NCBI GenBank assembly: GCA_965644295.1
Contig: CBFFRP010000239.1
Coordinates: 62,001-126,000, forward strand
Reading direction: 5' to 3'
Source: Paraphysomonas bandaiensis
Taxonomy: Eukaryota; Protista; Chrysophyceae
Length of the DNA: 64,000 bases
Part shown: one piece after another, positions 49,569-61,368 of the stretch
Layout: every line of letters begins with the position of its first letter
How positions within the stretch are numbered: the stretch's first letter is position 1
The notes under the pieces: generated by a model
Told to the model about the DNA's origin: nothing
The model's input: the letters and a program-made list of their open reading frames with translations, nothing else
Databases searched by the model: none
Program-made: the position numbers and the translations under genes

Positions 49569-50231
49569 ATGGATGCTACTGAGGAGGATCAGTTATTCTA
49601 TCCACCACCAGACATATCAGTCATATTAGATCATGTATATCTGGGGTCCGGGAGGGCACTCAGTGCTCATGTTATATCTGAGTATAGGATTGCACATATT
49701 ATTCGATGTGTGAAAGGTACACATACTTGAGTATGTCTTATACATCTAATAATCCAGACAGGATCAACCAGAGCGGACGATCTTGTTGGAAAAAGCATAT
49801 TTCCCATGGACGATACAGGGAAATCTAACCTCCGCTGTATTCTCGAAGAGGCTCTACCTGTGATGGATAATGTGTATGAACACTGCAAAAGGGAGAAGTG
49901 TTCGATGTTCGTTCATTGCTCTGCTGGTGTAAATCGAAGTGCGACACTCCTAGTGGCGTGGATTATGCACAAGTTCAATATGAATCTAAAAACTGCGCAT
50001 CGGATTGTCGAGGAAGGTCGTCCTAAGATATGCATACATGACTGCTATATGAAACAACTGCGGCAACTTGATATAGACATACATGGGGAGTATTCTACTG
50101 GTGAAAACGAATTGTTAACGACTTCGATTGCCATGAAAAGAGCATGTGATCTATTACAAAGTCATAATATGCCCAGCGTAACAAGTAAAGATGTTTTTGC
50201 AGCTGCAAAAGAAGACCCTCCTAGTCTATAG
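49569..50231 (+). CDS. Dual-specificity protein phosphatase, 2 exons (intron ~49718-49761)
   Basis: ILDHVYLGS, FPMDD and VHCSAGVNRSAT active-site motif. Confidence 0.92.
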
Positions 50232-52084
50232 AAGTGTATTGTTGACCTGCTGACATGCTCATTGCTCACTTAGTTTAATCAACACTGGCATTTTACTGGG
50301 GCATGCCCTCGGAATGGGGCAGTTACTCAATTGATTTTGTATTAGGAATATATCCCCATAGAGACCATAGTCTAGAAAGTAATATTAACCTTAGAGTTTA
50401 AAAATAATAAATACTTTGCTTCTATTTCATTTCACATTGCGTATCCGTCAGTTATGTCTCCTGATATGAAGAGTCTATATACATCTTTGAATTGAGAGAG
50501 TGTGTTGAGTTCTCCTGTTTGAGAGCAATTGTAAGCTGTAGTTCAAAGATTCAAAGATATTAGAATTATGACTGTAAATCGAAGAATACAGAAGTGGTTA
50601 ACTGTTATAATATCAGCAAAGAGTGAAAGTATTGATCAGTTATGTCTTTTTCCAACACTTATGACTTGTGGTCAGGGCCAGGCAAAAATATATTGGATTG
50701 CAATTACTCATTTTTGCTTGCTACAATATATTTTTTATTACTTTGCTTTGCAAAATTTGGCCACGCAATATATTGATATATACTGCTCATGCTTGTGTGT
50801 CTTTGAAAATAGATTTGATTAATCATAAATTATTCTTTATAACCACAAAACTCATATATTATTATAATATCGAACAAATCTGATAAATACCTACAACGAA
50901 GAACGCTATTCATATTCGATACTAGAATTCGTACTGTCTCAAGTGCCGACTCAAAGTGATTGTGTTTATTAGTGAGGTCTATGAGATTCTATCTCCGCCC
51001 CGGAGTCGGCTGAATAGTCACTGATTTTATCGTACTCGGTATGGTCTGAGTGAGAACCTTTCCTGACTTTTCCATTTCTTTCTGTGGTTCTTGAGTGGTC
51101 CTGAATAATAAGAAACTTCCGGCGTCTTCGACGAAGTATCTCACAATCCAAAATATTATCAAAAATTAGTAATCATTCCTTGCTCACAACATGTCTGAAG
51201 AAACCCAATCACACAATAAGCTGCGCAATGATCTGCAGATCTAAAAAAATATATCTGCTTTGTATACTATGCTACAGTGAAAACTATGTGACAGCGTTTA
51301 CATCGCATCCCTATGCACAGTTGTAACACGCTTGATTTGACTCACATCAAAGAATGATGGATTGGCTTATATCATGCTTAATAACACTGACATGACCTTC
51401 TCACGAGCAGATGTATGTATGTATATATCTTACGCTACATCCCACTCAGAAGCTAAGAGTTGGGTAAAGCAGACTCCTCTCAGATCATACACGTACATGA
51501 CTTCTCCCCAATATCGACACCGTGTCACTGTATTCTTAACAGGCAGCGTGTGATATAGTATCATTATTCATTGGTTCCTATCCAGGATACTCACTATACT
51601 AGCAATGAATATGTACACTGACATCAGGACACATGGAAGCAATGAGCGAGTCGGATGTCAACGCACGCACGGTGTAGATAGATATACTGCTGTACGGTCC
51701 ATCTATGCATCATACGCATGGATATACCCGGTATACAGCATACAGTATACAGCAGTATATCATACATCTCATACAATCAGCTCAGCCATACCGTATCTTA
51801 TCTATATACTGGAATACAGCTACGTATATAGCTCAAGGGATTGTATTGACAAAAAAGGATCTGTGTCCAATCAATTTATACTTTTACCATATTATTGGCT
51901 AGAATGGTTCTGAATTGAAAAGAAGCCAATGGAAGTGTTGTGTGTGAATTGGAGGGTCCCAACACGCCATTATTTGACACGAAGATCTCGCTATCACAAC
52001 ATACCAACACACAGCAAGACTCCACATCCCACCATAACACACCATAACAAGAGCCATCCACATACAGACACCCATAGAGAGATA

Positions 52085-53285
52085 ATGATCACATGGTTTT
52101 TTGAGTTGTTTGGATTCAAAGAGTTCGGTGTTGAGAATGGAGAGTTCAGTAGAGATCATTTCATCGAAACAAGAAATCAGTTTATGATATCTCAGACAGA
52201 TGAAGGGGACCCTCTGATCACTAGCAGAGCCAACTACAGATCATTCAGAGTGGGTGTCTTCTCCACTCCAACACTTAACGAGTTACGACAGCAGTTTTCT
52301 TCAGTCTCTTCCAACATATCGAGAGACAGGAAGAGAACCGCATATCAGCATATAGCTGTAGATGATATTATTAAGATACACAGTAGGCGCCCGGGGAGTA
52401 CATTTCAAGTTGCATCTCAGTTTAACTGTCTTGAATTTGGTAGTCCCAGCATTACTCCAGAGCATGGGGTGTCGGGGTATTCCTTGGATCCCACACAAGG
52501 CCCTTCTTGTGCTCTTGCATGCGCTGCCGGTACTGTATATCGCAATTACTTTGCTTGTACCTCAAGTGACGTATCTGCTGACCCTGAGGACTTTCAAATA
52601 AACAATTTGGATATACTAGAGCAACGCTTAGGCAATGATCGAGAAAAGTATTGGTCTGTGAGGAATGGGTACTCCAATGCTACTGAGGAATCACTTACTC
52701 GTCTGAATAAGCTGCTAGCAGAAAAAATTGAAGCGAATGAATGGAATGATATCATGGGTTGTATTAAAATAGGGACACAGAGAAAAACTCAGGTCACATT
52801 TTCTGGGCGGTTCGAAGAAGTTGACGTGAGTTGGTACATTGCGTTCATCGATTTTGTTTGACTTTATTCTATTTTAGGATGAAGTGCTCGTCAACCAAGT
52901 GTATTGCTCAGCACTAAGTTGCGGGTATTCTGATGTCGATAACCAGTATTGGGAAAATTTTGCTAGGTTGGTGCTGGAAGCGAACTATGAGGCAGCTCTA
53001 CTTTTTGCTGCAATTGTGGAGGCAGAGGAACGACAGTCCACACCACACAGAGTGTACCTAACCTTTCTTGGAGGGGGGGTCTTTCAAAATGAACCTGAGT
53101 GGATTGCGGCCGCAATTGGACGAGCGATAGCTATTGTAGCTCATGCAAATGCGAATCTTGAAGTTTTCTTATGCCACCATAAGAAGATAAACCATAGCAT
53201 GAGAAAGATGATGGATGAAACATTCCAAAGAGAATATGATCGGTTATGTGGTGTGTCCCATTCCGGCAGTGTAGCCGCAGTGTAA
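52085..53285 (+). CDS. Conserved uncharacterised protein, putative macrodomain/PARG-like ADP-ribosyl hydrolase, 2 exons (intron ~52826-52877)
   Basis: FQVASQFNCLE...TPEHGV..Y..DPTQGPSCALAC..GTVYRNYF, QVYCSAL, VYLTFLGGGVFQN. Confidence 0.7.
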
Positions 53286-53502
53286 ACCCCCACATTCATT
53301 TGACAAGCAATACATGTAACTCTAAAGTTGCTTCGATTCTACGCACTCGACTACCTGTGCTCTCCCTCTGCCCGCTGCCCATATAGAACGCGCAAGTTTT
53401 GTGTGAGCCGCCCTATCGCCCACATGGTGGTGAATGTCTGATTATTAGCAATAGACGTGTAAGAGTCAGATCTAAAGTAGTATTGCAATTTAACTAATTC
53501 TC

Positions 53503-53880
53503 AACTCTGATATCATACTATTTAATATTTAAAGCTACGAAAGCCGCTTGTGCGTCACCGAGAGCACCAAGGTGCAACCATTTTCGCTCTATCACTCAAA
53601 GCAAACGTAGTGAGCAATATTGCCCACATCCGCTTAATCTACGCGGGGCTTCTCGTTACCACGTCTGGAAAGGTAGGAAATTCGCAGATTTTTCAGAAGG
53701 CAATATTCTTCGTCCTACATTTAAATAATACGTAGGAATGATACATGTTTGCATGGTGTAGTGTAGTCCTAGTAAAGCCTTGATTTAGCCCTCCCCCTAA
53801 TATTTGCGAGGTTTCGTCTCTCGTAATCATGTATGAGCTATGCAAGTATTGCGTAGGTCTAGTTTGAGCTTGCTTGGCGC
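53503..53880. repeat. Composite of repeat Y (53503-53617) and inverted repeat Z (53638-53880)
   Basis: Homology to 46314-46430 and 24412-24532. Confidence 0.6.
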
Positions 53881-54976
53881 CACACACCAGAAATACCCCG
53901 GAAATTTCAGTAAATAGTAAATACGAAGGCAGTGATTAGCTGATTAGCTAATTCAAATTGCTATTTCTATTACCTGGATCCTAGAAACAGTTTCAGTTCA
54001 CAGATATGTAAAAAACACTTGCCTCTTGCCTCTGGTTTGCTATCTAGTATACTTATTTGCATGTGTGAGTGAATCAATTCCAAACCGCCATAAATGGGTG
54101 AGAATTTCGTGAATATGGTAGGTCGTGCATTTGGTATGTTTATCCTCGTACAATTATTAATAGAAGATGCAAACGTGAGCACGTTATGAATTATGTATCT
54201 TTCTAAGAAAAGGTTAAGTAAACTCGATTTAACCCTATTTAAGTTGTTGTACAAGCAGCCTAATATATATAGTATACTTTTACACGTAGTATTGCTGTAT
54301 GTGAAGATGTGAAGTGGAAACGAGAAACAGTGATTCCCGTAGTACTCATAAGCTCATAAGTGCAAACGTAGCTATCACGCCATACACACGTATTATTAGG
54401 TACAATATGTTCGAATCGGACATTTCACTGAAGTTAACTTTGCTCTACACGTAAACCGTAACCTTGCTATGTTGAACACAATGCACTTTCAAGTAAGAAA
54501 TTATAATTATTATTCTGAACACTTCACTACATATTCGTCTAACATATGTTGATACATCTGTCCTCAGCAACATCTGCTTCTCATATGTTCTTCAGTCAGT
54601 TCTATATCTTGTATAGTCACACATCAGTAACTGAATTTAATTCCTTTGTAACTATAACCACCCGTTACACCTATGAGTTGACTTTACCTATTGTACACAG
54701 TTAACTCACTTCAATTGCACAATATATATCACATCATATTGCAGAACTCAACACAATATCTTGACTGTAAAGAGGGTTCCATCAGTGAAGTGAAATCAAC
54801 ACTGATATCGATCATGAGTGAGGGCGATATAATTGCACTATCGTATTGATCATTAAATACATACATCACAGAAAAATATTTCCTGCTCTAAAATACTGTA
54901 CAATTCCTTCTATCAAGCACGCGAAGGTAAACGTCATCCTAAACAAACAATACAAGTTATTAACATAAGCAAAATA

Positions 54977-56333
54977 TCACATTTCTACACGAGGTGGCCA
55001 ACCGAGATCTCCATACCCAGGATTGTAATTTACTTTTAGTTTTCCAGCTGCCTCTTCGTCCATGATAACACTTACAGCCGTCGTACAAGACTGTGGTATA
55101 TCCAAATATGAACTATTGCACTTCCTCTTCAGGGATGCGACAGCACTCAAGAAAAGTGGTACTGCACCGGAGCTCAGATACGGATACGTAATTGGGTGTT
55201 CGCAAATATTAACTATCTTATTTCCTGTGCCACTAAACCCACCAGCGAAGTGAACAATACCTAAAACACGACATTACCAATGCTTATCAGACGTATTGAA
55301 AGATAAAGATATCTCTTGCAGCCAATTATTTCCCATATAATATTAAAGAAATTGATTTACCTAACAGACTCTGATTCAGATACCGAACAGTTTTGTTCGG
55401 TAGTCGTCGCATATTGTACACAGCTGGCAGAGTGGTAAGTTTCCGGTCTAGAAGAAGGTAAAACAACCCTTGGTCCCCAATAGCACCTGAATTAAATAGT
55501 GCCCCCTCTCGGTTTTCCAGCAACAGTTCCTCTGCCTTCTTCGTTAACCCTTGTTTTCTCCACATGGCAGCATCAACGAGAGCAACCCCACCGTTGAAAA
55601 ATACATCCGGGTCGTTCCGTCGAAAGACACTTTTGACAAGCGGATGAGTTAGGTTTAAGTGCTTGCTAAGATATCCCCTATTGACTCGATTACGATCGTA
55701 CACAAATCCCATCACAGCAGGTGTCTTAGAGTATACGCTTGTTGAGGGATGTTGACGCTGCGGTATCTGTCGGTGCTTACCAACCAACTGGTTGTTGGCT
55801 ATTTCGGAAAATGAGACTGGCACCCTTTTACTTTCATCATCAAAAGGTCTCACATCCAATTTTAAGTTAAACAGATTATACATATCGGCGTTTACCACCA
55901 CATCATTGTCAATGTATATATACTTATCGACATTAAATATATCTGGAAGATACATTCTGGAATATATAATTGATGTATCAAAGCCAACACCTTTGATATT
56001 TGATAGCGCTATTGGAGTTTCCCATTTCTTTATTTCAAATCGGATGCCACGAAAGCATGATGCGAACATATTGTCGATGACAGCAGTCGATGAATTATCC
56101 ATCAGCAGAAACCGAAAAGACAACATGTGCTTATGTCGAGACGATTCAACTATAGAGTGTATCTTCACCATACAAGCGAACATCGACACTGCGTCCACAA
56201 TAGATATCACTTCAATGTAGTTTCTGTTTATTTTATGGTGATGTACTTTAGTGTGTTCAGTTGAGTGGTGGAGAGCATAAGTACAGCTGACCACACTGAT
56301 AAATAACAATAACTTGAAGATCATTGAGAGCAC
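54977..56333 (-). CDS. Glycosyltransferase family 8 (GAUT/GATL-like), 2 exons
   Basis: Signal anchor; YSRMYLPDIF, YIDNDVVV (DxD), FNGGVALVD..WR, GDQ, IVHFAG. Confidence 0.9.
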
Positions 56334-56726
56334 TCAGATTGATAGAGAGATATCACTTTAACTGTTGGAGATCATGTGGATGGATGGATGGATGGATGGA
56401 TGGACTAGTCGTGTCTATAGGAGGTTGCTACAGTCATATGATGTTAGTACCTAAACTTCACAACAACAAACTCTATCCAATGAAACTCGATTATTACGAA
56501 ATACGTAATGATGATTTGTTGTATATAGTCTATGGGTACATGGAGTACACCAGTACACCTCCACAGCAGTACATAGGGCTGTACACAGTATTCTCATACA
56601 TACAGAGGTATACATAGTGCTGTACCATGATATACTGTACGTGTATGTTCACACAGTGTTTTCAGTGGGCTCACAGCACACACATGCATATATATATATA
56701 TAGAACCCCACAACTGCCCACTCAAC

Positions 56727-56939
56727 ATGTCTGGCACCGGTATCTGCGAGACTTGTAAGCCATGCGAGAGCTGCAAACAATCTGATACTATCCCTTCAGA
56801 CAGAGAGTCAGCGTGTAGACAGGAGTATAGTAATGTGGAGTCGTGTATGAAGAGGTCGAAGGGCAGTATAGCCGCATGCAATGAGGAGTGGACTGCATTT
56901 CGAAGATGTTTTGAAAGAAATAAAGTATCTCGTGAATAG
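56727..56939 (+). CDS. Small twin-CX9C (CHCH) protein with an N-terminal CxxC-xx-CxxC
   Basis: C-RQEYSNVES-C-x10-C-NEEWTAFRR-C. Confidence 0.75.
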   Translation: MSGTGICETCKPCESCKQSDTIPSDRESACRQEYSNVESCMKRSKGSIAACNEEWTAFRRCFERNKVSRE

Positions 56940-58367
56940 CTGAGTGAATATGACGATAGTGTATTGTTTGTATGTAGATGCGACGTGATTATCTAACTGC
57001 CCCAGTACTGTACACTGTACACTATGCACTAGACTGTAATAATGAGGAGTGGGATGTACAGCACACGACAGTTTTATGGGTGGTGAAACATGCTGTGATG
57101 ACGTTTTACTGTTTTTCGGTAACTATTCTTTTATGACGTACACCTCATTTGTCTCGTAGAGCATTGTAGGACAGTGTGTCGTATCAACCGCAATTTTTTG
57201 CAGTAGCCATACATCCTACATAAAATACTAAAAGCGTAGTGTTTTTCTTACTGCAGAGAATCTCCAATGTGATGGTCACGCCAAAGTCAGATGAGTGTGT
57301 CATGCTGAATTGCAAGAAAAAGAAAATGAGTGTTCAGAAGATTAAAGAATTGGTGCTTTGGATTTGAATAAGACTCAGAGTTATATCGTGGCATATGCCC
57401 AAGCTCTATTTTTCCTGAAAATATGCATTCTATGTTATCATTTTATCTCATAAGAGTGTATGTGTAAGTTGAATTAAGATATATACTACGACAAGGTCAA
57501 TCTGTTAAAGGTTGCTAGAGGTAGATTGTAGATAGAGGTAATTTATATTGTTCAGTGCCCAGTGACTAGCCTCACGATCAAAAACCACATGTATTGGTTA
57601 TGTTTGTAACATTGACCATTGTTCGAAAAAACTATATTGGGCATTTGGTGGAAAGAGTCCTGTCTCGAAAAACCATGTACTTGTACATGTACCCATCCAT
57701 CTTAGATCCTACACAGAAATATTATCGACGACAAATAATAATACATAAGCTCTATAAGTTACATTCTAAAAGCACACTCAATGCAAACAAACAAATGGCG
57801 ACAATTTATTAAATGAGGATAGTGCTTATAATACATAAACAGGACACACACAACAATAAACCACTATTCTTAAAATCTTTCTACTGAAACATGGTTTACA
57901 TTTTCAAACAAGTAATCTTCTTTTCATTTTCCCTTGGTGTAGATTTTGGTTTCATTTTTATATGAGCAAATTTATGACTTAGGTTCGTTTTTTGTTTTAA
58001 GTATATTTCTAAATTTATACTATATTGTATATTGTAATTAATTTATAATATAGCGTAGTGGAATGGAATATAACTTGTAAGCCCTGTGCACTTTGTGAGA
58101 CATAGTTTGGGTGTTACGGAATGGATGATAATAGAACAAGAGCTCTGGTTGCAATAATTGTAACTTTTCGTTAATTGTCACGTTAACTAAAAGCTACAAT
58201 TTGAGTGTACTAACATAGTTAGTTTAAATGCCTAGGAGTCTTACACTGACACAAAAACGAACTTAAGACCATCGACTGAGTGGTCACATGACAATTGTAT
58301 CATTATACTATTAAAATTAGCTTTCCTATCATTGAACCAATACCTCAGATACCAATTAATACTGATA

Positions 58368-60832
58368 CTACTTTCTCCCCGATTTCTTCTTTACTCCTTT
58401 GCTTCCTAAAAACGATAGTGTGAGCTGTAAAATAGCATATATCAGACAAGACATACCACCTCCGCTAGACCCTCCACCAAAGCTATTGTTCGACTGCCCG
58501 AATCCTGAGGATCCAAAACTACTAGACGACGCGGCAAATCCACCAGAGGCACCTGTACTGGTCCCAAAGCCCCCAGTAGCCCCAGATCCAAATCCACCAG
58601 AGGCACCTGTACTGGTCCCAAAGCCCCCAGTAGCCCCAGATCCAAATCCACCAGAGGCACCTGTACTGGTCCCAAAGCCCCCAGTAGCCCCAGATCCAAA
58701 TCCACCAGAGGCACCTGTACTAGTCCCAAAGCCCCCAGTAGCCCCAGATCCAAATCCACCAGAGGTACCTGTGCTGGTCCCAAAGCCCCCAGTAGCCCCG
58801 GATCCAAATCCACCAATGCCAGTGCTACTGGCTGCGCCGAAACCACCAGTACCACTAGAAGACGCGCCAAATCCACCAGTACCACCAGTAGCTGACCCAA
58901 ACCCTCCGGTGGATGTGCCAAAACCTCCCAGAGAGTTGTTTGTTGAGCCAAACCCGCCGAGAGACCCACCGAATCCACCAGGTGTTGCATTCGTTTGGCC
59001 TGGAATCTGGGAAGGAATAACTCCAGTTGGTGGGACTGTCCCACCATCTACCCCCTGCATAGCTATAGACAAAAAATGATCAGCCATTGTACTCACTCAT
59101 TCCTTTGAAAGGGTACTGAAAGTCTCATTCACAATAGTCAAAAACACTCATACCTCTGCGCTGCTGCTGCCGCCTTTCAGATGCCTCCCTCCTATCTTCC
59201 TCCGCGAAGGGATCCCCTCCTCTCTTATCAACTTTACGCAGGTGCTTCAAAAACATCTCTCTCATCCTAGTGAAACAATTATAAACATGTTACTTCATAA
59301 TATTCTGAAGAGAAATGCAGCTCGCACCTGTTGCAGTGCTCGTGGGTCTCTGCCATACGTGCAGCTACACTCAAAAACGCCGAGTGCTGTCTCTGCAACT
59401 GCTCCACTAACTGCTGTGTACCGATCCGTACTCTTTGTCCATGCTGCGCTACCGCCCCGACCTCATCATGATAACTGGAGGACACGGCATATTCTGAGTG
59501 CATTCCGTGCAACTGGTGTTGAACGGCTTCTATCTCCTCTGCGTATCGCTCGAGGCGATCTTCCAGGCGGTATATCACGGCGCTGTAGAAATCCAGTGGT
59601 GGCCGGGTAGCTTCGCTCGTTTTGTGGTGTGGAAGAGTATATTGTGCATGTGCATTCGTCAACTCTTGACCAGCAGTCTGCCCTACTCCACCAGGCAATT
59701 GAGCCTGCTGCTGCTGATTGAGCTCTCGTTGGTGAAGCTTGTAGCGTCTGATCTGCATGAGGGCCCATTGACCATACTTCCTGCCATCACTGAAGTCCCG
59801 TCGCGCCTCCTCACGAAGGCTGTTGGCAATGTACTGTAAACGCTTCTGTCTGTTGTCGAGCCGTGTCGCAGTAACAGCCGCCTTTTTCAAACTCACATTT
59901 AGGGCCTCCAGGCTCCCCACGTCAGAAGAAGAAGATTGCCCCTCCTGTTTAATTTTATCAAGAACATTGCGAGTAGGAGTGATGAAGTCTCTGTAAGTGC
60001 CATCGATGCTCTCCTTGATGACCTGTGGGAGTTTACTGTACGGTGTATCAAGTGTAGGTGGAAGGGACTGTGCATCTCCGCCAGTACTCGTCCCAAATCC
60101 ACCGCCAGATGTGCTATTAAAGGACTTGGCCCCAAACCCACCACCAAAACCTCCAGTAGTACCTGTGGTTCCTGTAGTTCCTGTGGATGTTCCTCCAAAC
60201 CCACCACCAAAACTTCCAGTGGTGCCTGTGGTTCCTGTAGTTCCTGTGGATGTTCCTCCAAACCCACCACCAAAACCTCCAGTGGTACCTGTGGTTCCTG
60301 TAGTTCCTGTGGATGCTCCTCCAAACCCACCACCAAAACCTCCAGTAGTACCTGTGGTTCCTGTAGTTCCTGTGGATGCTCCTCCAAACCCACCACCAAA
60401 ACCTCCAGTAGTACCTGTGGTTCCTGTAGTACCTGTGGACGTTCCTCCAAACCCACCACCAAAACCTCCAGTGGTACCTGTGGTTCCTGTTGTACCTGTG
60501 GACGTTCCTCCAAACCCGCCACCAGAACTTCCTGTTGACGCAGCGGAACTATTAGCTGTTGAAGGTAACGAAAATGTTACGGATGATTTCTTAGTTTTAT
60601 TCGGATCATTCGAATCCGTTGCACCTGAAGTTGCTCCGGCTGTAGTGCCACTCAATCCAAATCCAGTGGCTGCACCGCTTGACTGGTTACCAGCAGAGGA
60701 CAATGAGAACCCCCCGCCTGTTCCTGCAGAGGATGACGATCCAGATGAACCGAAACTAAAACCTTTAGATGCTGTTGTCTGATTCGCACCTGTGGAGCTG
60801 GACGCAGAAGCTCCTCCGAAATTAAATGACAT
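58368..60832 (-). CDS. NUP58: FG nucleoporin Nup58/Nup49-like
   Basis: N- and C-terminal GFG repeats flank a coiled coil with QHSAFLSVAARM and GDPFAEEDRRE. Confidence 0.82.
58536..58815 (-). repeat. 54 bp tandem repeat, ~5 copies (GGFGSGATGGFGTSTGAS)
   Basis: Directly visible coding minisatellite. Confidence 0.92.
60134..60520 (-). repeat. 63 bp tandem repeat, ~6 copies (GGFGGGFGGTSTGTTGTTGTT)
   Basis: Directly visible coding minisatellite. Confidence 0.92.
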
Positions 60833-61368
60833 CAGATGATACTCAGGACACTTCAAAGGAGATTATTATTGAGCTTTTAAGGGGTGTCAGTGCAATGCAA
60901 CTATGAGAAAATAAAGATGATTTGAATGTTCAGCATGCACCAATACGCATCTCCACTATATAAACAGCCCAGAGCAGAGATAAACAGCACACAACCAACT
61001 ACTGCCGTATATACTTGTAAGTGTTTGTGTGTATGGTATGTATGTACTGCATGTACGCTCGTATGTATGTGGGTATGTACAGTAGATAGGTTGGTATGTA
61101 TGTGGGTATGTCTGTAGGTAGGTAGGTAGGTACTGCTGGATATGTGTCCTCAACAGTACCCGAGTACAGGTATACGGCTGTACACAATCCACCATCATGA
61201 AAAGTCTTCTTGGAAATGCTCAGAGGAAGTGGGGAACTACGCACAGAAGAAGTGAAGTGAAGTGTGTTGTCTTGTATGGGTGTGTTGGATACGTGGATAA
61301 CGCAGTCATCATATGCATATATTTAATAGATAGTCATAGTTATAGAGTAGTACACAGATCTCGTCTTC

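Noticed and set aside
58399-60782. Pro/Val-rich and alternative-frame ORFs
   Set aside because: Antisense or shifted readings of the Nup58 GFG repeats.
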